DNA of 35,587 bases, taken from IMG/VR virus record IMGVR_UViG_2724679122_000005. The stretch is one strand, 5' to 3'. Below the pieces are notes generated by a model. That model ran no database searches. It had not been told where the DNA came from and worked only from the letters and a program-made list of their open reading frames with translations. The position numbers and the translations under genes are program-made. This DNA is from an uncultured virus (IMG/VR IMGVR_UViG_2724679122_000005) (lineage: Duplodnaviria > Heunggongvirae > Uroviricota > Caudoviricetes). The stretch's first letter is position 1. The number at the start of each line of letters is the position of its first letter. Of the stretch, positions 10,719 through 18,953 are shown piece after piece.

Positions 10719-10846
10719 AAGTCTTTCATTGCAGACGATCAAAGATAGCTTTAACAATTACATTGCTGTGCATTCTATTTTCAGGATGCACAGCTCATAC
10801 GATCAATAGCAATGTCAATGTCTCAATTTGCGCTAGAGCATTATAA
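10715..10846 (+). CDS. 43-aa lipoprotein, absent from the ORF track, in the spanin position
   Basis: ATGA overlap with the endolysin stop; MKVFHCRRSKIALTITLLCILFSGC-TAHTINSNVNVSICARAL has a basic N-region, H-region and lipobox FSGC. Confidence 0.7.
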   Translation: MKVFHCRRSKIALTITLLCILFSGCTAHTINSNVNVSICARAL

Positions 10847-10872
10847 AAAAAAAGCCCTGAATGATCAGGGCT
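10845..10872 (-). terminator. Intrinsic terminator with U-tract on the minus strand
   Basis: A9 run then GCCCTGA-ATGA-TCAGGGCT. Confidence 0.7.
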
Positions 10873-11160
10873 ATTTAATAAACTTCAATTCACATACTTC
10901 TACAAAGCTCGAGTAGTCTTATGTTTGTTATTGTATAGCTTGATAATCCTCTATCTTTCATCCTAGGGTTGTGCACATACTTCTATCCTTAAATTGTGTA
11001 ATGAAATTTCTTCTGTTGTAGTTGAGAAGCTTTTCAATCTGTTAAAAGAATCCAAAAAGCATCAAATGAATAAAGAAACTACTTATTTAACTTGAATCAT
11101 CATTTTCTGTTTACTAATAAATGAAAGTGCTTGGATGTATAGGGATTGTTTTTTTAATGT

Positions 11161-11180
11161 TATGTTATAATATAACCTTT
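11161..11180 (+). promoter_or_regulatory. Zur box overlapping an extended -10 promoter
   Basis: TGTTATA-A-TATAACC (11163-11177) versus the gammaproteobacterial Zur consensus TGTTATAnTATAACA; contains TGn-TATAAT (11166-11171). Confidence 0.75.
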
Positions 11181-11200
11181 TCTTAAAAAAGGGGGGGATT

Positions 11201-13523
11201 ATGAAACCTTTGGCAGCTTTACCGTTAATTTTTTATAGCAATTCAGCAAGTGCAAGCTGAGGAGAGAATTGCAATTTTAAAGCCTCTTGTTTTTAAGGCA
11301 AATGCATTAAAGGAAAAAAATTATGTGGTGGACAAAGAAAAAGTAGAAAGTTCCAATACAATAGGTGATGCTCTTAAAAATATAACAGGTATACAAAGTA
11401 CTTCATTTGGACCCAATGCAGGTGCACCAGTTATACGTAGTTTGAGTGGAAATCGGGTTGGAGTAATTGAAAATGGAGAATTTATTAATGGAATGAATGC
11501 ATTTAGTGGAAATATTAATATACCATTCGATCCAATTTTTATAGAAAAAAGTGATAGTGAACAAAAATACAGATAATATTCGTTATGGCGGAAATGCAAT
11601 AGGCGGGAGTGTTCAAATAGAATCGGGTTTAATTCCTAAAAAAATTGAAGAAAAGCCAAACAAATTAGATATTGTCTTTCGGAAAGGATTTAATGATTTT
11701 GATGTAAAGGGGTTCAATTTTAACATCAATGATCAAAAAAACTGGTCTACAAATATAAGATATTCAGAATATGAAATTTCTTCTTATAAAATTCCAGGAA
11801 ATAGTAAAGCCAAATTATGTGAAGACCAGATTTTTTCAAATTCAGGTGGGATCAATAGTGCATTAGCAGCTTCCTGTCAAAAAGATAGTAGAGTCCAACA
11901 TATTTATAACAAGTCGTCACAACCATACATAGATAAATTTATGACTGAGAATCCTGATTGGGCAGATGGCGATTTTTCTTTTTTATACAGATAAGCCCAC
12001 ATCTATATGGGGAGGAAAAACATATATAAATCCAAAAAATCCAGAGTACATACCTAATACTCCGCAAAATACAATAAAAAAGATCAATACGGATGTTACA
12101 CCAAATTATTTTAAAAAATTAGGTAACAGTTATGCTCAGAATGAGAATATTGGGTTTGGAACAACATACTTTTTTGATAAAGGTTTCATTGGATTGAGTG
12201 CAGATAAGAAAAAAAAGTGAATATGGTGTACCAGGATTTTCATTACAAAATCAATCTTTTGCTGATTCTTATGAAACATTACCGGTTGGTGTGAAAATAG
12301 ATCAAAATCGTTTTGTATTAAATTCCAATTTTATCCAACCAATTTCCTCTGCAGAAGAGATAAGTTTGAATTTTCAACAGCTTTCTAATAAATCTGGAGA
12401 ATATGTTGGTACTGCAAAAGCTAATGAGTATAAAATTGATAATCAATTAATTGAATTAATAATGAAACAGTCATCCTTTAAGGGATTAGATGGGATACTT
12501 GGTTTTAGCCTTAAAAATAGGAATATCGAAGGAAGTGGTACTCAGCGCTATTTACCTAATGTAAGTACTATTAGTAAAGCTATATTCTTACAAGAAGAAT
12601 TAAATATCAAACAATTTACTTTAAATACGGGCTATCGTTTTGAAAGAATTGAACATGAGCTTCAAGATAATGATTTTAAACTAGCAAGAAATGCTAGTAA
12701 TTCAAGAATAGAAAATAGAAAATATAATTTAAACCAATATTTTATCGGAGGAGAATATAAGGTTAATAATTTTATAAATTTAAAAGTTGATTATGGTATT
12801 TCAGAAAGAGCACCTGAAGTGAATGAGCTCTATTCAAGTAATGTTCACTATTCTGTTATGGCACAAGAAGAAGGCGACCAGAATCTCAAACCAGAAAAAT
12901 CTAAAAGTTTAGAGTTAGGTATGTTTTTGAATTGGAATAATTGGGTCATGCAACTTGTTGGGTATCAAATGGATTTTGAAAATTATATGTATTTATCTCA
13001 TTCAGGTGTTGCTGTGCAAAATCGATTACCTTTAAAATACTGGAAACAGACAGACACTGACGTCAAAGGGTTTGAAATTGATTTAATTTATGATTTTAAT
13101 CTAGCTCATATTGGGAATATTAAACTAGGTGGTTTAGCTGATTTTGTTAAAAATAAGGCTGTTAATCCTACAGATATAAGGTTAGCTAATGATGGAGTTT
13201 ACCTACCAAATATGCCTACTAATCGTTATGGCATGTTTCTTGAGTGGAGAAATGATTCTTGGAAAGGTAAAATTTCAAGTATTTACTACGATGAGCCAAG
13301 ATATCTAGGTAAGAATGTAATACAGGAAGTTCCTTTATCTGGTTACAACTTACTTGAATTTAAGATAGATAAAAAATTAAAGATTAAAAATGCTTCATTT
13401 GATATATTTTTAAATGGTACAAATCTGCTGAACGAAGAGGCTAGACCACAAAACTCTCCTCTAAAATATATTGCCCCTCTACCAGGGCGAGCATTTCAAC
13501 TGGGGATAACTATGCATATTTAG
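11201..13523 (+). CDS. TonB-dependent receptor, ZnuD-like; split into pieces by four homopolymer frameshifts
   Basis: Restored signal peptide MKPLAALPLIFIAIQQVQA; plug motif TIGDALKNITGIQSTSFGPNAGAPVIRSL; barrel motifs ERAPEVNELY, NLKPEKS, NLLNE, PLPGRAF. Extra bases at T6 11229-34, A6 11545-50, T6 11979-84 and A8 12209-16. Confidence 0.85.
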
Positions 13524-13583
13524 GTTGCTAAAGATATAAAGTTAGTTCTTATCTCCTGTCTTCAAATTTAGTAATAAAAATAT

Positions 13584-13621
13584 AGTCTTAAAGCCGAATA
13601 ATTAATCGGTTTTAAGATTTT
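13584..13621 (+). terminator. Inverted repeat, probable terminator after the receptor gene
   Basis: AGTCTTAAAGCCGA-ATAATTAA-TCGGTTTTAAGATT. Confidence 0.6.
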
Positions 13622-13740
13622 AAAATAATCAATTATAAAGTTTAAAATTTTTTATTTATAAAATGTGTTCAAATAATGAACTGATTTTTTAGCTCAAGGA
13701 GCCATCGTCATATAAATAAAGAATATTACAAAGGTTCTTT

Positions 13741-13757
13741 TTTAATTTTTCTTTAAG
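13741..13757 (+). promoter_or_regulatory. PmrA-box-like direct repeat
   Basis: TTTAAT-N5-TTTAAG, 47 nt upstream of the eptA ATG. The AT-rich context makes a chance match possible. Confidence 0.35.
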
Positions 13758-13804
13758 GTATGGTATCTAATCTTAGCATTTTTTATATTTAATGGTTTTT
13801 AAAA

Positions 13805-14765
13805 ATGGCACTTAATGTTTTTAAATTCAAAAAAATATGCAAGGATGTTACACTATTAAATTTTAATTTGCTTTTATCTATCTGGCTAGGTTTATTTCTG
13901 AATATAGGTTTTTTTAAAAAAATCCATCAACTTACACCTTATAATGGTATTAAGTCAGTTCTTTTCTTAGGGGCGACATTAGTTATTTTAATAGCGGCAT
14001 ATAATTTAATTTTTCAATTAATAAATTGGAAATGGACTGCCAAAATCTTTGCAATTTTATTGATATTTATTGGTGGNNNNNNNNNNNNNNNNNNNNNNNN
14101 NNNNNNNNNNNNNNNNNNNNNNNNNNNNNNNNNNNNNNNNNNNNNNNNNNNNNNNNNNNNNNNNNNNNNNNNNNNNTAAAGATGGCGAATGTTATGATGA
14201 CATTCTCATTGACAGCTTAAAGCAGTATTTGGCTACTATTGCCAAAGATGATGATCGTCCGCGTTTGATTGTTCTGCATCAAGTGGGTAGTCATGGACCT
14301 GCATATTACAAGCGTGCACCTGAGGCATATCAACCTTTTAAACCGACTTGTGATACTAATGCGATACAGGGCTGTTCGCAAACTGAATTGCTAAATAGTT
14401 ATGATAATACAATTGTATATACAGACCATGTATTAAGCCAAATGATTAATACTCTAAAAGAAATATCAAAGTATCAGACAGGTTTATGGTATTTATCTGA
14501 TCATGGCGAATCAACCGGAGAACATGGTTTATATTTACATGGTTCACCTTATGCAATCGCACCGAGCCAACAAACACATGTACCAATGATTATGTGGTTC
14601 TCTGAAAGTTGGAAACAACATAATCTTGCTCAAGTGAATTGTTTAAGCCAACAAACTAAACAAAAGTTAAGTCAGGATAATTTATTCCCAAGTTTGTTAA
14701 GTTTGCTGGATGTAAAAACTCAGGTAGTAAATAACAAACTTGATATGTTGAGCCAATGTAAATAA
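13805..14765 (+). CDS. eptA: Lipid A phosphoethanolamine transferase (EptA/PmrC family); middle missing in the gap
   Basis: N-terminal TM helices (LFLNIGFF); C-terminal ECYD, VLHQVGSHGPAYY, YDNTIVYTD and YLSDHGESTGEHGLYLHG motifs. Joining across the gap is inferred. Confidence 0.9.
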
Positions 14766-14781
14766 ATATATTTTTAATTTA

Positions 14782-14818
14782 TATAAAACGAAGCAAAATA
14801 GACTTGCTTCGTTTTATA
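14782..14818. terminator. Bidirectional intrinsic terminator
   Basis: TATAAAACGAAGCAA-AATAGAC-TTGCTTCGTTTTATA. Confidence 0.8.
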
Positions 14819-14840
14819 AAATGTATTGGTTCTTTTATAT

Positions 14841-14960
14841 TTAAAAAATAAGAGGGCAGTCGTAACCCGGATAAACACCATTCTTATAGTCGAATGTCGG
14901 TTCGAATAGATCTAGTAGGTGAACTCGATCTTTATTTATAGGTTCATAGTTCGCGCACAT
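14841..14960 (-). pseudogene. Truncated SOS response-associated peptidase (SRAP/YedK family) remnant
   Basis: GAGG RBS, then MCANYEPINKDRVHLLDLFEPTFDYKNGVYPGYDCPLIF* (39 aa), with the Cys2 N-terminus and vyP motif typical of SRAP. Confidence 0.7.
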
Positions 14961-15017
14961 ACAAAGTAACCTCTTTATGATTTTCGAAATTACTTTTCCA
15001 TCATAACTAATATAAAT

Positions 15018-15062
15018 AAAAAGAGGGTAAATAATAGACTGTAGACGCTATTATTCACCCTC
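15018..15062 (-). terminator. Intrinsic terminator of the lipoprotein gene
   Basis: Minus strand GAGGGTGAATAATAG-loop-CTATTATTTACCCTC-TTTTT; the single mismatch is a G-U pair. Confidence 0.75.
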
Positions 15063-15075
15063 ATGGTATATATCT

Positions 15076-15564
15076 TTAACGCCAGCTATTCGGAACTTTG
15101 AATTTACCTGTAGGCATTGGAGAACCCAGAACATACTTAACGTTGTAAATTAAACCAGGCAAAACAGTGTTTGGCTTTTCATTAAAGCAAACATAGGTAT
15201 TGTTTCTGGATGGTTTAATTAACTTATATTGTGTACCAGCACTTGAGACATAATAGACACCATTTGGGGTAGTCTTAAGGCCAGCATCAACTTTAGAAAT
15301 ATTTTGATTGTAACTCTGGCTTGTATTGTTAATAGCTGAGAAATAACTACACCCTAGCGATTTAGATACTTCAGCAGCTTTACGTAATGCGTACTGGTTT
15401 GCTATCGATTTATGGGTATATCCGTTTACAGATGCGCGTACTTGAAAGACATTATCATCAATAATAGTGGCTTCAACGCCACCAGAAGCCCCCATTTCTT
15501 GATAAGGTGTAGTACAGGCTTGTAAACCAATTGTTGCTAAAGCAGCTAAAAATATCTTTTTCAT
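15076..15564 (-). CDS. Lipoprotein, CC0125/CC1285-like
   Basis: Lipobox LQAC; TPYQEMG..GG, NGYT and YALRKAAE motifs. Confidence 0.7.
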   Translation of the reverse strand: MKKIFLAALATIGLQACTTPYQEMGASGGVEATIIDDNVFQVRASVNGYTHKSIANQYALRKAAEVSKSLGCSYFSAINNTSQSYNQNISKVDAGLKTTPNGVYYVSSAGTQYKLIKPSRNNTYVCFNEKPNTVLPGLIYNVKYVLGSPMPTGKFKVPNSWR

Positions 15565-15653
15565 AATTTATATAAAGTGATAAATGCGTCACATTAATTT
15601 TAACTATTTAGAAGAATTTTTCAATTACTTAAGGATTTCTTAAAACTTGAGTT

Positions 15654-17030
15654 CTAAAAATCTAGAATTTGGCCTGCCATTTTAAAGTTATCTAACACTT
15701 GAATGTGGTGGTTAATTAATTCTTGAGCCTGATTTCTCGATTCATTTTTCTCGAAATATAAGCGACTTTTGATTAATGCTTTTACTGGTTCAGAAATAAT
15801 CACGTCTTCAATCATATTCATAGCTTTCTTTAAATCATCGAAAGAAACTTGAATATATCCATCAGTCACATCGTTATCATCATCGTCAGTGGTATGGTTA
15901 ATTAGCCTTTTAATCGTATAGCTTCCTATGGCCAAGCTGTTCGCGATAGTGCCAAAGGTGCGGCGTAAATCATGGAACGTAAATTCGATACCAGAATTCT
16001 CAGTTACTTTGTCACGTGCTGCTCGGCGGTCTGAAATATGGGAAACACCATTTCTATCGGTAAAGACATATTTGTTATCACCGGCACGTTTTTTTTTCGT
16101 TCACGCATAATGTGCCAAAGGGTATCACCCATAGGTAGCAAAAGATCCTCATGGTTTTTCGTATTAATAATTTTGATGGTACCAAATTGAAGATCTACAT
16201 TTTTCCATTCAACAGATTCTGCTTCACTACGTCTAAAACCAGTTAGAGCAAGTAAGAATAAAAAAGTCTTGGTTTGTGTACGCTCTAAAATCGTTATTTT
16301 GTTCACCCATCCAATAAGTAGTGGCCACAGCCAATGCCCATGCTTCGCGCTGATCTGCACGAACATGGCCTTTTCTACGTTTAATTTTATTGAAAGCTTT
16401 TTCTTCTTTAACGATAACAACCGGGTTTTTTATATTTAGAATTTTATTCCCGGACTCATCCTTATACCTGCTAATCGTATGGTTAAAGAGAGCATGTAAA
16501 AATTTTGATGCAAGATTAGCTCGGGAAGGGCTTGCTTTCGAAAGCTTCAGATGACGATCAATAATCATTGCACTGGTGATTTGGTCAAGTTTTAAATCTT
16601 TCCAATCACTAAAGTAGTTTTCTATGCATCCGTCATAGGCAATTAAAGATGTTTCCGCCAGCTTTTTACGCAATTTATAGTATTGGTAAGCTTCACTAAG
16701 GGTAGGGACTAGCTTTTGTAAGGCATCATTTTGAATTGCTGAAGCTCGTAAATCACGCTTTTGCTTAACTGGATCTACACCTTCATCCATCAAGATAAGA
16801 AGCCGTTTAGCTTCAGTTCTGGCTTGTTCTAATGTATAGACGCCATGTTTTCCAATAACTTTACGTTTAGACTTGCCATTAGGCATTTTCTTTTCAGCAA
16901 AATAGCTTTTAGTTTTGCCCACACATAAGCCAAATCCTATAGTTACTGTATCTCTGTAAAAGATTTGTTTCTCTTCAGACAAAGGAATAGAGTCTATTAC
17001 CGATTTAGTAAATTTAATGTGTTGAGCCAT
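15654..17030 (-). CDS. int: Tyrosine integrase with N-terminal arm-binding (DUF4102-like) domain; two homopolymer frameshifts
   Basis: MAQHIKFTKS..YRDTVTIGFGL..IGKHG..TLEQAR; LALTGFRRSE; FHDLRRTF; LINH; DVTDGY. Frame breaks at A6 16260-65 and T9 16089-97. Confidence 0.9.
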
Positions 17031-17040
17031 CTTTAAATTA

Positions 17041-17121
17041 AGCAATACAAAGCAATACCTAACGATACAATACAATAATTGTGAAGTCTATTAAGAGTCT
17101 ATTTTGAAGGTTTGGTCTATT
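17041..17121. repeat. Short phased direct repeats, candidate integrase arm or RDF binding sites
   Basis: AGCAATAC at 17041 and 17051, ACGATAC at 17062; AGTCTATT at 17085 and 17096, GTCTATT at 17115. Confidence 0.55.
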
Positions 17122-17179
17122 AAAAAAGAGAGTTTTAAGTAGGGGATTTTGTTTTAAGTTATTGTTATCTATTAAAAAT

Positions 17180-17224
17180 AAATGCTCCGAAGATGCCGCT
17201 GCATGTCGTTACCCTTGAACCCTA
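17180..17224 (-). ncRNA. ssrS: 3' end of 6S RNA, probable prophage att site
   Basis: Minus strand TAGGGTTCAAGGGTAACGACATGCAGCGGCATCTTCGGAGCATTT aligns with the E. coli 6S 3' end AGGGTTCAAGGGTTACAGCCTGCGGCGGCATCTCGGAGATTC. Confidence 0.85.
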
Positions 17225-17324
17225 NNNNNNNNNNNNNNNNNNNNNNNNNNNNNNNNNNNNNNNNNNNNNNNNNNNNNNNNNNNNNNNNNNNNNNNNNNNN
17301 NNNNNNNNNNNNNNNNNNNNNNNN

Positions 17325-17421
17325 ATATCTGGATAAGATCAACATCTATGCACATAGAGACTTGGGCGTGATGTTGATTATCCCGGATGACCTTAAGTGG
17401 TGTTATCAAAATGAGCAGTGA
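17325..17421 (+). CDS. C-terminal fragment of a phage protein, possibly NinB-like
   Basis: YLDKINIYAHRDLGVMLIIPDDL; 5' end in the gap. Confidence 0.35.
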
Positions 17422-17635
17422 TTCAAATTTGCATGATGTGGTGCTTAAGCTGATAGAGCAGACAAATAAGCTTATAGACCATAACAATAAGTTGACTGAA
17501 CAAAACAATAAGCTTATCGAACAGAATAGCTTAATCATTCAAATCAATGCTGAGCAAGCCGCCCAATTAAATGAAGTTCTAATGATGTTTGAAGACGGCG
17601 AACCAACACGTAAATCTAAATCATTGGATGGGTAA
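17411..17635 (+). CDS. Small coiled-coil protein with heptad repeats
   Basis: KLIEQTN-KLIDHNN-KLTEQNN-KLIEQNS, encoded by degenerate 21-bp repeats. Confidence 0.7.
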   Translation: MSSDSNLHDVVLKLIEQTNKLIDHNNKLTEQNNKLIEQNSLIIQINAEQAAQLNEVLMMFEDGEPTRKSKSLDG

Positions 17636-17640
17636 ATATA

Positions 17641-17889
17641 ATGAATAAAGGCCAGAAATTTTTCTTAATTGATGAAGATACTCAGAAGATGTGGGATAAA
17701 GATGCTTTAAGTATGCTGGAACAGATTAGAACTCCAGAATTGAAGCGTAAAGAACTGGAGTATCAATTAGTTAAGTTGGTTCAAGGTTTCCAGCGTGACG
17801 GCTTGAATATTCAATACATCGCCGTTGATTTAGTTAATGGTGTAGATGCGCGAGTAAACTTAAATGAAACTCCAAACATTCAAGAATAA
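17641..17889 (+). CDS. Hypothetical phage protein
   Basis: Tightly packed ORF in the operon. Confidence 0.6.
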   Translation: MNKGQKFFLIDEDTQKMWDKDALSMLEQIRTPELKRKELEYQLVKLVQGFQRDGLNIQYIAVDLVNGVDARVNLNETPNIQE

Positions 17890-18157
17890 GTTGCAGACGC
17901 TACAGGCCGCACAAAGCCAGAAGAACTCTAAACAAAACAATTGGGGTTCTGGTCGTGGTGGCCGTCCGTGGCGCCGTCTTAAAGCAAAGGTCCATTTGCG
18001 TGATGAATGGACCTGTCAATGTTGTGGAATCGTGACTAAAGACTTAGAGCTTGACCATATTGTGAATGTGGCAAGAGGTGGAACGGATGATGAATCCAAC
18101 CTCCAATCTCTTTGTGTTCCATGCCATAAGAAGAAAACCCAACAGGAGAGCAGGTAG
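17864..18157 (+). CDS. HNH endonuclease, terminase-associated (HK97 gp74-like)
   Basis: CQCC, ELDHI, GG, NLQSLCVPCHKKKT; directly upstream of terS. Confidence 0.9.
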   Translation: MKLQTFKNKLQTLQAAQSQKNSKQNNWGSGRGGRPWRRLKAKVHLRDEWTCQCCGIVTKDLELDHIVNVARGGTDDESNLQSLCVPCHKKKTQQESR

Positions 18158-18275
18158 GGGGGGAGGTTAAAAGTTCCAAGCCCTTCGCCGTTGGACACCG
18201 CCCCCCATCTCATTTATAAAAAAAATTTCCCTCTCAGAAAAAGTTAAAGCAAAAAGTTAAAATCAAGTTAAAGGT
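18153..18275 (+). other. Probable cos packaging region
   Basis: Lies between HNH and terS; G-run and C-run flank a GC-rich core; three AAGTTAAA repeats at 18241, 18254 and 18265. Confidence 0.5.
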
Positions 18276-18281
18276 AGAGCA

Positions 18282-18764
18282 ATGGCATTAACAGAGAAAA
18301 TGGAAAAATTTGCTCTTGCCATTGTTGACGGCAAGACAAATAAAGAAGCAGCAATTTCAGCAGGTTATGCGGAAAAAACTGCATCCGCCGCAGGTGCTCG
18401 TTTAGCAAAAGATCCTGAAATTATTGTCTATATTGAAATGTTAAAGGCTAAAAAAGAAGGCCGCTCTTTAACATCTGATCATCCAAAAGTTAAAACTGCA
18501 GATATACCAGAAAATAGCGGCGAAGATGAAAACCCTATTGAGGAATTTCAATTTGAAGGTGATGACCCACTAGATTTTTTGATTAAGGTCATGAACTTCA
18601 ATGGCAACAAACTACCATTAAGAATGCAAGCCGCAATTGCAGCGCTGCCTTATAAGCACGGCAAGGTTGCAGAAAAAGGTAAGAAAGAAACTAAACAAGA
18701 TAAGGCAAAAGAGGCTACCAAAACAGGCAAATACGCCACATTGGACAACCAGTTGCCTAGTTAA
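18282..18764 (+). CDS. terS: Terminase small subunit
   Basis: LTEKMEKFA...EAAISAGYAEKTASAAGARL HTH motif; KYATL-like C-terminus. Confidence 0.88.
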   Translation: MALTEKMEKFALAIVDGKTNKEAAISAGYAEKTASAAGARLAKDPEIIVYIEMLKAKKEGRSLTSDHPKVKTADIPENSGEDENPIEEFQFEGDDPLDFLIKVMNFNGNKLPLRMQAAIAALPYKHGKVAEKGKKETKQDKAKEATKTGKYATLDNQLPS

Positions 18765-18767
18765 GGT

Positions 18768-18910
18768 TTTGTCTGAATCCGTGGGCGACACGGTGAGAGA
18801 TTAAGCAATGTCCTGAACCAGTATGGGGATGCGTAGCAAGGCTTTCGAATGTGCCATAAACATCGGCTTATCTCGGCCATACATGCAGGGTTCGCAACCT
18901 GTCAGACAAA
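18768..18910 (+). ncRNA. Candidate structured non-coding RNA, multi-branch with a tRNA-like outline
   Basis: Closing stem TTTGTCTGA/TCAGACAAA; hairpin CCGTG/CACGG; long arm GAGATtAAGC/GCTTATCTC; T-arm-like CAGGGTTCGCAACCTG. Confidence 0.55.
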
Positions 18911-18917
18911 TTTTTAT

Positions 18918-18939
18918 GCCGCCCTCGGGCGGTTTTTTT
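18918..18939 (+). terminator. Intrinsic terminator between terS and terL
   Basis: GCCGCC-CTCG-GGCGGT-TTTTTT. Confidence 0.8.
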
Positions 18940-18953
18940 CATGGACCATTTAA

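Noticed and set aside
10891..10985. 12-bp direct repeat CACATACTTCTA at 10891 and 10974
   Set aside because: Only two copies, in AT-rich and apparently degraded DNA with no intact ORF; no function can be supported
13805..14765. mcr-type mobile colistin resistance gene
   Set aside because: The sequence looks like Acinetobacter PmrC/EptA and there is no plasmid or transposon context
14975..15006. Possible SOS/UmuDAb operator upstream of the SRAP remnant
   Set aside because: TTATGAT/ATCATAA arms are present, but the match to the operator consensus is too loose
18768..18910. Canonical tRNA or hammerhead ribozyme
   Set aside because: No 7-nt anticodon loop, no CCA, too long, and no CUGAnGA/GAAA core. 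Kept only as an unclassified structured RNA candidate
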